In this document: in pieces, positions 30,457-47,873 of the stretch | Layout of the letters: every line of letters begins with the position of its first letter | How positions within the stretch are numbered: position 1 is the stretch's first letter | NCBI RefSeq assembly: GCF_009914755.1 | Contig: NC_060935.1 | DNA from: the human T2T-CHM13v2.0 reference genome, Homo sapiens | Length of the DNA: 64,000 bases | Strand: one strand, 5' to 3' | Notes under the pieces: model-generated | What the model saw: the letters and a program-made list of their open reading frames with translations, nothing else | Told to the model about the DNA's origin: nothing | Databases searched by the model: none | Position numbers and translations under genes: made by a program

Positions 30457-32620
30457 ATCTAAGAGACCCAGATAATCTTTTGGGTCTTGCCTTGGTGAAG
30501 ATACTTTCCAAGGCTCAGGCATCACAATCTAAATTAAAGCTTTTGCAGGATAGTCAAGAAGACCATTGCTAAATTTTGGAGCCACTTCAGGACTTTGCTA
30601 AAAATTACAGAGATCATTTACTTTGTGGCTGAGAAATGTCGTCCTATACCAAAAGATAGGATTAAGATATGAGTTTAAGTAACCTGGAATCCTGCTGAAG
30701 AGATGAATTCAGTCATTGACTATCCTACTAATAGCATAGTAAGAGCAAGGAGTTCTGGAAACTCAGAAGACAATATAGATTTTTATTCATAGAAATGCAA
30801 TGTGAAGAAAAGATCACAGCAAACTACCAAGGGCTACTATCTCTTATGTGAATCTCTTATTTAACACACATTCATTCAATCAGCATTTTGTAAACATCTC
30901 ATAAACACCCACTAATCACAGATTTAGGGAAAAAGCTCATAAGCCTCATAAAGAAGTCTGAAGCAAATTATCTTAAAGAAATGTTTTCTTATATGTCTTT
31001 GCTTCAGAAGTAAAATTAACATAGACTATATATTAGTATACTTGGTACCATTACATAAACATGTGGGAGGAAAAAACATATTTGTTCCGATTGAATTATT
31101 TGTGTTGGCAGATAGCCAATTCTCTTTTCAGAATTCCACTACTGGAATACTTGAAGTTGAATGAAATATAAAGCAACTTCTGTTTGCCAGGCTATAAAAC
31201 TAAAGATGTCCATCAGGCCAAAGGATTCAAAACTTTATAAGTAGACAATAATAATCGCAATAAATTATATTGGGTTGAAATAGGCATACATATAAAACTA
31301 ATATGCTTGAAAAATGATGACCTGTTCTGGTATTATTATTATTAATCCTGTTATACATGGGAAGTTCTCTTCAATCAATGATTAGCAAGAAAAATGATCA
31401 GCACTTAGTTTTTGAGATAAGTTTTCTTTATACATCTAATTTTTTAGAAGCTATACATAGTATTCATTTTCAGATCTCAACTTCTTGATGCGTTAGAGTT
31501 AGGAAATGGTTTCTGATCCAGAAGACTCTCCTACTGTTGTAAGAGGATATATTAAACAATACCAATCATATGATTCATTTGAGTAACAAATATAATTGAA
31601 TATTTAGCATCAGATATAAGCAAATATAAAGCTGGAGTCTCACGGAATGTTCTTGGTTCTGAAGCCTCAGCATGCCTCACCCCTGTAGCAAGTCGTCTAC
31701 AAGTGATTCTATCCCAATTAGTTAAATTCAGTCCACCTTTGTATGCTTTCAATTCCTTCAGGTTTGAGTAGTCTCTAGTAGAATAGAGGTAGGAAAATTA
31801 AGCTATTTTGAATTCTTCTCCTTCCTATTGCACGTTCTAAACTCCCAAAATATTTCAAGCCCGTCCAAAGAGTAGTGAGGGGAGCTTGGAAGGAGTGGAA
31901 ACTCTATTTATGTTTAAGACTGAAAAAAAAAATATAGGTTGTTTGTTTAGTGTGTGCTCAGTTATCTACTGGCTCTGACTGTCAGGGTTTTTACCCAGCC
32001 TGTTTTCCGGTACTGGTTATATCTAGCTGTTTAATTTTAGGTCCTCTGCTTTCTCAGATATCTTATACTAACTCTTTTGTGTTATTATAAGACTAACTTG
32101 TGGCACATTAAGTGTTCCTCCAGTGCCCAGCTGGCCACACACTCCATAACCTCAGGGTACCAAGAATTCTACAGAGAAATGATTACTTCTACCTCACATT
32201 TTCAATGAGTAATCACCCCACAGCTTTCTCCGGTATTTTTCACTTCTGGATGCCTTCTTGGTGTGGGGCCATGGAAGTGGCAAGCTTATGAATGCCATAG
32301 CATCTCCTTGGTTCCTTGGGTGTGTGGGAAGCCCAGGGATTCCTTCCCAGGTTGCATCAGCTACGCAGAAATAGTAAGCCCTCATTGACACCTTCCTTCT
32401 TGTAATACCACTCTGTCATCTCTTTTTGGCATTTACCACAATTCTGAGCCATTAGGATGTGTCTAGAGATTCTGTTGATTGGAAAATTCCATGTAGGGAA
32501 TATGATACCAGTTTCCTTCACTTGCAAATATTCCTACATATTGTGGGGAGGTATGTCAAGAATAACAATTTTTGCTCCCTAAAACTGTATCCATGCTACC
32601 CCCATTCCTCAGGCGGGAAC

Positions 32621-32696
32621 CTTTTCTTCCTTCCTCCCTTCTTTCCTTCCTTTTTCTTAGCTTTCCTTTTCTTTTCTTTTCTTTTCTTTTCTGTCC

Positions 32697-32727
<31 letters not shown>

Positions 32728-32877
32728 TCTCTCTCTCTCTCTGTCTCCTTCCTTCCCTCCCTCTCTCCCTCCCTTCCTTCCTCCCTCCCTCCCTCCCTTC
32801 CTTCCTTCCTTCCTTTTTCCCTTCCTTCTTTCCTTCCCTTCTTCCTTCCTTTCTTTGTCTCTTTGTCCCTTTCTTTC
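32621..32877. repeat. Compound polypyrimidine tract: (CTTTT)n, (CT)n, (CCCT)n, (CCTT)n
   Basis: ~255 bp almost purely C/T on the + strand. Confidence 0.95.
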
Positions 32878-34498
32878 ATGGCAGAAGCCTTTTGCCTCCT
32901 TAATATCTTAAGGGAGATTTTTGAAGTTTGCCCTTTGGAAAGGTACTTCTTTTTAATTTAGGATTAAAAAGATAGCTTTTTTTTTTTTTCTCATATGTGA
33001 CCTAACAGTCCAGCACTTCCAGTTTAGCACTCAGATGGGAAGGTGCCAGTGATAGCTGAGGGAAGCAGGAAAGGGCATATGTAGGTGATATTTCACATCA
33101 TCACATTATATTTGGCCATAAACTTTTGCTAATATTACTGTGGAACTTTAGGACTTTTACAGTAGGGAATAATTTATATTTAAATATGCAGGAAAAACAC
33201 CATTTTTCCTGACAAGCAATGACATATTTCATTTTAATCTATGATAAATGTTAGTTAAAGTCAATTTAAAAAATACTGTAAAGCTCAAGATTATGCCTAT
33301 GATATATATGTCTTTAATAATGTCTTTTATTAATGAGATAAGATTAGGAGAATTTGATATGAGAGCTAACATTTAAGAAAATCAAAATTATGAGTCATAG
33401 TTTCACTTTTTAAAGTTGATTTTTGAAATAATGTAGATACATGGTTAATTGATTTTAAAGCAGTGAAATATTGTATCCTCATAATATACACTGTGTCTAA
33501 AAACTACCTGTAAATCTCAATTTGTTACTTGGAGGTGTTTTTTTTTTAACATAAAATAAGATATCTACATTCTGAGGCATTGAGGAAATTGGATTTTATA
33601 AAATAACTACAATAACCCTTTTAAGTTGTTTTTTTGAAAATGTCTCCACCTTTCATAGGTTGCTTATTGACACATAGCTTGAGAAGAGAACGATTTTCTG
33701 AGAGATTTTTTTAACATTGATTTAGCCATTTAGAAATGGATTTTAACTTGTTATTGATTTGTGTATTATTTTACATATTATATCTGTAAGATTTTATAAG
33801 AAATCAAACATCCTTTAAGATGCCAGTTGCCTGCTAAGTTACTTGTCATTTTGATAATATTTCGGTGTTATTTCCAAATAGTGTTCTATGTTGAAGGGCA
33901 CAGATGTTATTACATTATGTATTTTAAAGTAAAGTGAGTTATACTAATTATATGTAAAACATTTTATCACATATTAATCTCCCTTCCTCCTGATATACCA
34001 AGGTTAATATGTTCACATCCAGACCAAATTCTTTGTGCAAATGTTCCTCAAAATCTTTGGGTGGCCATCATCAATGCATCAATGACATAATAAGAATTTA
34101 TTGAATGTTTACAACATATTGAATGGTGTATTATTTGATTTATTAGGCACAGACACTTTGTCAGAAGTTTAAAATCCATATAGGAAAATGACAGATTTAC
34201 AAAAAGACATTTAAAAGTCAATAAAACTAGATCATTAATATTTAATATATTATACATAAAAGCTATAGGAATGTGGAGAAAGGAAACCAAATGGGGTCAT
34301 CTACTTTAAAAGTAAAGAGAAAAAAACCTTTCCTGATGACAGCAGGACTGAAGTTGACTTTTAAGAACTGATACGAGGATGAAGAGAAATGAGTTTAAGG
34401 GTACAAACAAGGGAGGAGGAATAAACTCAGTCGTTGATAGCAGAGTAAAATGGCTACACTTAACAAAAATGTGCTGTACACTTAACAAAAATGTGCTG

Positions 34499-34602
34499 TG
34501 ATGGACACCCTGAGTACCCTGATTTTTTAATCACTATGCATTTTATACCTGTAACAAAATTCCTCATGTACTCCATAAATTTGCACAAATGAAGAAAAAA
34601 AA
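34499..34602 (+). mobile_element. Short L1MA 3'-end fragment
   Basis: GTGATGGACACCCTGAGTACCCTGA...ATCACTATGCATT...CATGTACTCCATAAATTTGCACAAAT followed by an A-rich tail. Confidence 0.75.
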
Positions 34603-37346
34603 CTGACATGAAAATATATTTTCTCTAATTTTAAACCTAGTAACCAATTACTTGCTATGTGAGCAATATAAGACCAGCGTAGAAGGTTCATGTTCCCTGC
34701 TGAAATAGGATGTTGTGAGCTAATGCAACTTACATAAAAATTAATGTGACACATTTAATTATTTGCATAATGATTATTTTACCTCATGTTAATTAGGTAT
34801 AAATTGTAATGGGTAAGGGAAAGGCCAAGGACTAACTTTGCCCACTTCAGCTGTTGCCTGAGTACATCTAGGCTAAGAATACGGTCACCCTCAATTCATC
34901 CCAGCTTCCCAGGGCAAACTGCCTCTCCTTACCCCTAGGATAAGTGTTGGACTCCGGAGGATTGGGGTACTGTTCTCTGAAGTTCTCAGCCAGCCCTCTG
35001 CAACTATAATACCAGCTCAATAGGAAGATGGGTAGAAGCCAGTTTTTTCAAACAATTTTTATACAAGGTTATCCACCAGTGTTGGAGCACCTAAATGAGG
35101 AATTTTAGCTTCTCCTTTCTTTTTTCACCTTTACATATTAAAGGAGAAAATATTCTGTTTACCATGGAAATGAAAAATAAATAAACACATAGGATGACAT
35201 TTTCAAGAAGCTCAAAGGTATTTTGGGTCCAGTTGATCATTGTTAATTTCTAAGCATCTCTTCACTGAATTTCGTTGACACTGAACTTCTACTGTATCAA
35301 GCAGCATTTATATCTACTGCAAATGTAATTGGCTTAGGACCCTTCTCTCCTTGTTTTGTCTTAAATATTTATTTACTTTTTGTGTTTGTTTGTCTCTCCT
35401 ACTAAACAACAAGGATCACATATACCTTATTTCCCTTTTTATCTCCAAAGTTTGGCACTTGGAAGGTTTTTAATAAGTATTTGTTAAATAAATTTCTGAT
35501 TTCATCTGCCATCTCTCTATAAATTATTTCCAAATTACAACAAATGTGACTTTATTTAATCTTTACTCAAGATGTTGAAAGTGGAACTCATTGCTTCTTA
35601 CATTTTCTACTTTATAACCTCAAAAAATATAGTCCTTTCTGAGGGTTCTGTCTTCCCTTCTAAGTCCACTTAGTAAATCATCAAACTTTGTTTTCTTTCC
35701 TTCGGGCTGTCTTGGTAAACCTCTTTTTCTTTCTACCTGCTAGTCCTAGCAGTTACCACTTCCTGTCAATATTTGTCATCCCTCAAGCCTCTTCTAAACA
35801 TTAATAATAGAAAAGATCCTTAAATCACACCTTCTAAACTTTGCCTAGAAATATCCCTTGAGAGTAAGAAAATAATCTAAATTAACTTGATATTCAAAGT
35901 ACTCCACAGGGATTTCCACCACAACCTCCTCAAATTCATTATACATAAACTTTTTGACAAAGCAAACTTTACTAAACAACGAATTTGTATTTCTCCTTCT
36001 TTGGTGACACCACACCCTAAAATTTTTCTTTCCTTAATTCTCATCCTGCTCTGAGACTAATCAATCCCACCTCATCTCTGTTCTCCAACGCCCAGTAGGA
36101 TACTGGCTTCCTCTTTAAATTCTGTGCTGCCTGCTTTCTGAGCCAGCCACCTGGCAACTAGCCATAAAAGACTGTGTATGCTTTTTTACATTTAGAGGTA
36201 TATGTCACACTTCTGCACATAAAGTTACTTTGCTCAATAGTAGAGAGTATGCCATATACCTTTTTAATCATATCACTTTACACACTAGCTTATATCTACA
36301 AAATGCATAACCATTTTACCTATATACTATATATACCTATATACCTATATATACCTACATACTAACAAATGTTTTAAATATTACATATACAGAGATATGC
36401 ATACATATATAATAACTGTGTTATAGAAATTCCAAATTCATCAGATAAAGTACAAGTTCTTAAGAATCTAATAATAGATACAAATCATGTAGATTACTGA
36501 AGAGGTGCAGACAAAATAGTTACCATGAGATAGAGACACACTTTTATACGAATATATATTATGTATACATAATATTTGTGGGGGATATAATTTTGTATAT
36601 TAACTTCTAGTTTCTATTTTGATTATTTACTTTATTGAATAATAATAATAAGAAACATATTTTTGATGGAGAATAGAAATAGATTTAGTTAGTAGAAATA
36701 GTACTTGTTAACTTAGTGAATTCAGAGGAGATATTAAAGAGGAAAGCACAGTGTTTACATTCATATGAACTCAAGTGTTAGGTGAGCCAAGAACACAGCA
36801 GAAGAGCCAATAAAAGGAGCAAAAGGTTCATTGACAATTGTATTGATCAGGCACATTTCTGGCTACTTCAATTGAGAGCACTACCCATATATTAATATAG
36901 TTATAATAAAAAACACATACAAATGAACTGTGGCCATTTAAGGAAAACAACACATGGTTTGGCTCCCACTACTTTATGGGAAGGTCTGGGGAGGAGTTTG
37001 TGCAATGTAAAAAAAAAAAAATGTATCAAAAATCACAGTGTTGAAGTGTCCCTGTCTGACAGCTTTGAAGAGAGCAGTGGTTCTCCCAGCACGCAGCTGG
37101 AGATCTGAGAACGGGCAGACTGCCTCCTCAAGTGGGTCCCTGACCCCTGACCCCCGAGCAGCCTAACTGGGAGGCACCCCCCAGCAGGGGCACACTGACA
37201 CCTCACACGGCAGGGTATTCCAACAGACCTGCAGCTGAGGGTCCTGTCTGTTAGAAGGAAAACTAACAACCAGAAAGGACATCTACACCGAAAACCCATC
37301 TGTACATCACCATCATCAAAGACCAAAAGTAGATAAAACCACAAAG

Positions 37347-38363
37347 ATGGGGAAAAAACAGAACAGAAAAACTGGAAACTCTAAAACGCAGAGCGCCTCT
37401 CCTCCTCCAAAGGAATGCACTTCCTCACCAGCAACAGAACAAAGCTGGATGGAGAATGATTTTGACGAGCTGAGAGAAGAAGGCTTCAGACGATCAAATT
37501 ACTCTGAGCTACGGGAGGACATTCAAACCAAAGGCAAAGAAGTTGAAAACTTTGAAAAAAATTTAGAAGAATGTATAACTAGAATAACCAATACAGAGAA
37601 GTGCTTAAAGGAGCTGATGGAGCAGAAAACCAAGGCTCGAGAACTACGTGAAGAATGCAGAAGCCTCAGGAGCCGATGCGATCAACTGGAAGAAAGGGTA
37701 TCAGCAATGGAAGATGAAATGAATGAAATGAAGTGAGAAGGGAAGTTTAGAGAAAAAAGAATAAAAAGAAATGAGCAAAGCCTCCAAGAAATATGGGACT
37801 ATGTGAAAAGACCAAATCTACGTCTGATTGGTGTACCTGAAAGTGATGTGGAGAATGGAACCAAGTTGGAAAACACTCTGCAGGATATTATCCAGGAGAA
37901 CTTCCCCGATCTAGCAAGGCAGGCCAACGTTCAGATTCAGGAAATACAGAGAACGCCACAAAGATACTCCTCGAGAAGAGCAACTCCAAGACACATAATT
38001 GTCAGATTCACCAAAGTTGAAATGAAGGAAAAAATGTTAAGGGCAGCCAGAGAGAAAGGTCGGGTTACCCTCAAAGGAAAGCCCATCAGACTAACAGCGG
38101 ATCTCTCAGCAGAAACCCTACAAGCCAGAAGAGAGTGGGGGCCAATATTCAACATTCTTAAAGAAAAGAATTTTCAACCCAGAATTTCATATCCAGCCAA
38201 ACTAAGCTTCATAAGTGAAGGAGAAATAAAATACTTTATAGACAAGCAAATGCTGAGAGATTTTGTCACCACCAGGCCTGCCCTAAAAGAGCTCCTGAAG
38301 GAAGCGCTAAACATGGAAAGGAACAACCGGTACCAGCCGCTGCAAAATCATGCCAAAATGTAA
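37347..38363 (+). pseudogene. LORF1: L1HS ORF1 with a single nonsense mutation (R130*)
   Basis: 338-codon frame intact except CGA>TGA at 37734-37736; ORF track shows 129-aa and 186-aa pieces in the same frame; also R24C, S25T, L93Q, N188D versus the recalled consensus. Confidence 0.95.
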
Positions 38364-38402
38364 AGACCGTCGAGACTAGGAAGAAACTGCATCAACTAAT
38401 GA

Positions 38403-42140
<3,738 letters not shown>

Positions 42141-42736
42141 TGAGTTCATATCCTTTGTAGGGACATGGATGAAATTGGAAACCATCATTCTCAGTAAACT
42201 ATCGCAAGAACAAAAAACCAAACACCGCATATTCTCACTCATAGGTGGGAATTGAACAATGAGATCACATGGACACAGGAAGGGGAATATCACACTCTGG
42301 GGACTGTGGTGGGGTCGGGGGAGGGGGGAGGGATAGCATTGGGAGATATACCTAATGCTAGATGACACATTAGTGGGTGCAGCGCACCAGCATGGCACAT
42401 GTATACATATGTAACTAACCTGCACAATGTGCACATGTACCCTAAAACTTAGAGTATAATAAAAAAAAAAAAAATCACAGTGTTTGTGAACTCAAAACTT
42501 CTATACTGCCAATCTCTTTTAAACTACTATATTATCTGCTGAAAAGTCATAATTTTCAATAAAATGTTTAATAAATATGTGTTGTCCCATCTATGCTGCA
42601 TACTAGGAATTGGAAGTCCTTTTAGTTACTGGCAGATGTTACAGCCCACTACCTTGTTTGCTTGCCCAGGAAACTGATGTCAGCAAGAATGATCAGGTCT
42701 ACAAAACAGTAAGATTAGACTAGGTAGTAAGGGCAA

Positions 42737-43113
42737 TGCATGGGTTGAATTTTGTCTTACAAGGAAAACAATGTTGACCTTCTAACCTCCCTGGTCAGAA
42801 TGTGACTTTATTTGGAGATTGGGCCTTTACAGAGGTAATCAATGTAAAATGAGTTGATGAGATTGGGACCTAATCCAGTAAGCCTGGTTTCCTTATAAAA
42901 AGAGAAAAATTGTACACAGAAACAAACATGCATAAAGTGAAGATGATATGAAGAGACACAGGGAGATTAACATAGTCATCTACAAGCCAAGTAGAGAGAC
43001 CCCAGATCAGATTTTATCCTCAGAGCCTCCAGAACTGTGAGATGCTAAACTTGTGTTGCTTAAGCCACTCTATTTGTGGTCCTTCATTACACTAGCCCTA
43101 GTCAGCTATTACA
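42737..43113 (+). mobile_element. MaLR solo LTR (MLT1B-like)
   Basis: TG..CA ends; CAGAATGTGACTTTATTTGGAG, CCTTTACAGAGGTAATCAA, GCCTCCAGAACTGTGAGA; TSD GGCAA/GGCAG. Confidence 0.85.
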
Positions 43114-43620
43114 GGCAGTAAACTTAATCATCTAGCTTTCCATTCTTCTAGTTCACATATGTATGTAGATTATTATGACAAGAACAATGTGTGTCTATAT
43201 GAGTTCTAAGTCTCAATAGTTATGAATGTTCATTAAGTGGCGATCATAGAACTGTAGGAGTATTAAAATCTAGCAATGGACATAGACATTGCAATCTGCT
43301 CTATTAAAATTAATTTCAACACTTATTCTCCTTTCTCACTGATAAATATGCACCCCATTTTCTTAAACTTGTCCTTTAGCTTTGTATGCCAGTTTCACAT
43401 GACTATTCCCAAATGTCTCCCTTTCTTCCTGGAAATGACGTGGTTATGACAGATGATCCATATAGCTTAGAATGGATGTTTTGGATAAATGTATAAAACT
43501 CCAGTTAGAATTCAAATTTGTGTTCTCTTGCCTTGTGCTTATTTATACTTATGGTTGTTTAAACTTGTGTTACAATACTGATGTCTCTTTTATTTGATAA
43601 ACAACAAAACAGTAGATAAA

Positions 43621-43716
43621 CAAGGATATATAGACCCAAAGAGATAAGTGGCAAGCAATTATTCTGAGCAAGGATACACAGACCCCAAAAGATGAGTGGT
43701 AAGCAATTATTCTGAG
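43621..43716 (+). repeat. 48-bp tandem duplication (42/48 identical)
   Basis: CAAGGATATATAGACCCAAAGAGATAAGTGGCAAGCAATTATTCTGAG followed by CAAGGATACACAGACCCCAAAAGATGAGTGGTAAGCAATTATTCTGAG. Confidence 0.9.
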
Positions 43717-44264
43717 CATCTGACTAAGGAAGGGCTCCTCATAATACTAGTGGTTATGGGTGATACCTGTGCAGATCAGAAAGACCCCACCTGTCTAGGT
43801 TCTTTTTCTTTTCATAAGGTTATGGCTGATGCCTAATGTAATCATTAATGTATTCAGGGAGCCGTGGAACACACAGAAGTCCAGGAAGACACAAGTAGAA
43901 AATTAGGAATTGATTATTAGGGAAAAGAGGAAAGAAACAGGAATTGGTTGATATGCCTATCCTGGTTCTGGCTGATGAAGCAGGTTCATCAGGAACATAG
44001 GAACAGATTCTCAGGCTCATTCACTTAGGAACTTTAGATTATTGAGATAAGATAGGTATCATCATCTCTCAGAGCCACTGTTGAGGTGATGTTTATATTG
44101 GGTAGAAGATTATAGTGGAAAGAATATAGACTTTGAAAACAGAAAAAGAAACAATATTAGTGCTCTGGCTCAACTGTTTACTGGGTGTAGTTCTTTTTGC
44201 AAGGTCCTTAGTTTTACTCAGTGCCATTTTCTTTTTCTTAGGGTTGTTAGAAAGACAGAGGTAA

Positions 44265-44490
44265 TAGCAGTTAATGGAAATTCCTCATGTTCTATGTGCC
44301 AGGCACTATGTATAGTGATTCACATGTGTTACCTTATTCAATCCTTATAACATGTTTATAAGATAAATTGCACTGTTAATCCTTTTAATACAAATGAAGA
44401 AATCGAGATTCAGGTACTTGTTCAATGCCACAAAGACGATATATGGTAGAGCTTTGTCAGTCTAGTTCAAAAGTCAAAACACTTAACCCT
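44265..44490 (-). mobile_element. MIR nested in or adjacent to another MIR (~44100-44560)
   Basis: CTATGTGCCAGGCACTATG...ACAAATGAAGAAATCGAGATTCAG, antisense MIR core. Confidence 0.65.
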
Positions 44491-47400
44491 GCTTTCTAAT
44501 GTGTGCAAAACACTTAGCATAATGTATGACATACAGAAGGATTAAGCGAATATTAAGTCCCTTTTTCCCAACTAACTCTAAAATATTCAGACTGTAGGGG
44601 TTCTATTAATGGGTTCTCTAGTCTGCCAATAGGAAAATATCACTGATGTAATGGCCTATTTGAGTCTGGCCCTGATGCATCATATTCTATCTGGTGTTAT
44701 TTCTCAGTCAGGTATAGATTCTCAGTCCCACACCAACATTTAGGACCAGGACTAGACATAACATGATGAGAAATAATGGGATCCAAATGATGAATTTATG
44801 GAGGAAGGTGGATAGGGATCTTAGAACATATTTTGTTTTCCAGACAGTGCTTTAATCAGATTCAAAGAGGTAAAATTAGTTTGTAAGAAGTCGAACTATT
44901 ACTTCATGACATGGGTCTCTGTAAGAGAGGATGGTGACATTTATATAATTATCAGGTGAAAGCAAAACGTAGTTTCAGTGCAGACGGGAAAATTACTACA
45001 AGGGAACATGTGAAGAACATGTGATATTAAACCGAGCAGGGATTCCAGTGGCCGCATGTTAGGAAATGATAAAAGTTAGATAGATAGCTATAATGAAAGG
45101 TCGCAAGCTTAGTTTAGGTTGTTTTCATTAAATATTCCAGGTAATGGGAGCAAGTGTGAGAGATTTCCCCAAGGTAAGGGTATAGCAGGGATGGAAGAAG
45201 CAATGGTTTCAGAAGCAAAAGAGAAATATTTGTTAAAGAGAGCAATAAATAAGCAGCGCTATGTGCTTAGAAAAAAGCGGGGAGTAGACACACAATCCTA
45301 AGTACCCAAGTACGCGTGCACACCAAAGCAAATCATTGAAACTGCTTACTAATGTAGTTGAGCCTTCATGGTATTTTGCACTCAAGGTGCTGGTGAATGA
45401 TCACAAAGTAAAGGTCTCCATTCACTTTTTTAATGTGATGCAAATGATTTCAAACTTTATTTTCAAGGTGCCAACAAAGACAGCTTAGGCTGTCATTTTC
45501 CTATAGATGCTGCTGTACCTTCATACATCAAAAAGTTTATTTGAATAATTACATATTGTCCACATTCTTATCACAGGAGTTTCCTAACCCATAATAACTA
45601 CATCAAAAGAATACTCAGCTACAGCATAGTGCATTTCAATAGTGTAGTCAGTAACAGATACATTCTAAAAGCTTTTCAAACCCACCAGTATTTAGAGATT
45701 CCCCCAAACAGATATAATTCATCTGAGTAAAATATATACAGCTGTAATTTATCAGGTTGACTCAAGGGAGATAAATCTTACTAAAGACGTACAATTAATC
45801 ACAGTCCTTCTAGTATTTATCTGGCGGCTTAGAAAAGTTAAATGTAAAATAAGAGTCAGTTCAAATTCTCTAAGTGTGCATTAATAGAGTCTGTGGTTGA
45901 GTAAATACACAGAGGAAAATGGATTTGTGTTCAATTTAAAGTAAACTATATTTAAATCAGTAGTCCTATTCAATAGCTATGAATTTACCAATTTCAACTC
46001 TTTCATGATTCATGTATATTATAATCAACCCAAGTAGTTGAAAAAGGTGGATGGAGGAATACACAATCTTCACTACAAAGGTATAATATGCTTCCTTCTT
46101 TCCGTCATTCTAATAGCTTCATTTGACCAGGAAACAAAATTACATATGGAAAAGTTGTCTTAACAGCCAATTGGATAGACTGGCAGTTTTATACTTTTGG
46201 ATAACTTTAAGAAAGGTCTTTGAGAATAGTACCTGAACACCTAACATGGATAATAGAATTCTATAATCCTACAATGAAGGAGGTATTTTGTGGAATTTAT
46301 TCCATATGGGAGAGTAAAAAGCAGAGTTAACAGGGGTTGTCATCCATACTCATGATTGCATTTTGTATTTTTCAAGGGCTCACTAGAGCCACAACCTTCA
46401 AAATAGATCAATAACATTACTCAGCAACTGATATGTAGGAGGCACTTGCAATAAGAATTTCTGAGTCTTTATACTAACTCTGTGAGGTACATCATATTAT
46501 TTAGACCATCCCTACGAGGAAACTGAGACTCATAATTGTTCAACAGAATGTTCAAAATCAGAAAGCTACTATATTGCAAAGTCTGACCAGGTTTTCTGAT
46601 CTCAAGACTGATGTAATTTCTACTTGAGCAAGATGCAGCAGAAAGTGAATGGGTTTTTGGAGTTTGGGGTCAGATGCACCTGCTTGAAAGGCTGTCTCAC
46701 TTATCACCTGTGGATCTAAGGATTATTCTCTTAATCCCTCTGACCCCATCTTCCTCTTACGTAATTTAAATTGAGTAGGTAAAAAGTTAATTTTTTATAA
46801 AAGCTTAAAAATTACACCACCTGTACTATGTAAAAACCCTATTGAATTCCCTTCCTAGTATATTGAACATATATTATAGTACAGTAATTAAACCCATATT
46901 GTCTTCTTTAGTCTTTTAAAAAACTTTTGATCTGGAGGATTCTAAGTCTTTCATGAAACAACAACGTAGGAGCCTGAGCTCGCCAAAGCTGCCTTTACAA
47001 AATTGAAAGGTTCTCTAGTTTCTCAAAACACAGGCATTATCATTTATTAATCTTTTTAACTTCACTTTATGCATTCAATGACTCATTCCCTTTTTCATAT
47101 AACATTTCATATGATTCCCTCTTTCAACTATTTATTATTCTTTATTTGAAAGGCACTCTGCCAGATTCAGAATGCACTAAGACAAAATTCTGGCCTTGGA
47201 GATGTCAACACTGTTGTGAAGTGAAGTTGACACACCAGTAGACAGATGAGTGGTATAAAGAGGAGCGGGCAAGGAACTGAGAGCACTGGACCCAGAGACA
47301 AGAACTGAGGTTAGAAAGCCAATGCAAGTGTGGAGCCCAGGGAATTGGCAGGTTTCAGAGCCACTTGCACTCCAGGAAGTTTGGAAGCCAAATGGCAAAG

Positions 47401-47491
47401 TAGAGCTAGATTTCTGGCTCAAGGTCTTTAGTCCACAACCACGATGTTCACAGGCACCATCCATCATTAAAGAAAAAAAGCCAAAGGAGGA

Positions 47492-47873
47492 TGATATGGT
47501 TAGGCTTTGTGTCCCCACCTGATTCTCATCTTGAATTGTAAGCAGCATAATGCCCACGTGTCAAGAAAGAGACCAGGTGGAGGTAGTTAAATCATGGGGG
47601 CGGTTTTCCCCGTGCTGTTCTCTGCCATGGTGAGTTAGCTCTCATGAGATCTGATGGTTTGATAAGGGGCTCTTCCCGGCTTCGCTGGGCCTGTCTCCTT
47701 CCTGCAGTCTTGGGGAGAAGGTTCCTTGCTTCTCTTTCGCCTTCCGCCATGTTTGTGAGCTTTTCTGAGGCCTCCCCAGCCGTGCTGAACTGTGAGTCAA
47801 GTAAACCTCTTTCCTTTATAAATTACCCAGTCTTGGGCAGTTCTCTATAGCAGCATGAAAATAGACTTATACA
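47492..47873 (+). mobile_element. THE1D-like MaLR solo LTR
   Basis: TGATATGGTTAGGCTTTGTGTCCCCACC...AAATTACCCAGTCTTGGGCAGTTCTCTATAGCAGCATGAAAATAGACTTATACA; TSD GAGGA/AAGGA. Confidence 0.92.

Noticed and set aside
32459-32961. Three overlapping ORFs of 107-150 aa
   Set aside because: Artefacts of the stop-free CT-rich simple repeat (poly S/L/P/F or E/R/G/K)
37004-37025. AATGTA-A13-AATGTA as a poly(A)-only insertion with a 6-bp TSD just upstream of the L1HS
   Set aside because: Too short, poor endonuclease site, and readily explained by slippage
37044-37062. L1HS as a spliced integrated retroelement (97/622-type SpIRE)
   Set aside because: It retains 19 nt upstream of the ~+622 acceptor and has no +1-97 leader, so the 5' end is not a splice junction
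42306-42332. G-quadruplex-forming run
   Set aside because: Standard L1 3'UTR polypurine tract, not locus-specific
42461-42540. 3' transduction after the L1HS
   Set aside because: The TSD follows the poly(A) directly, with no extra sequence or second tail
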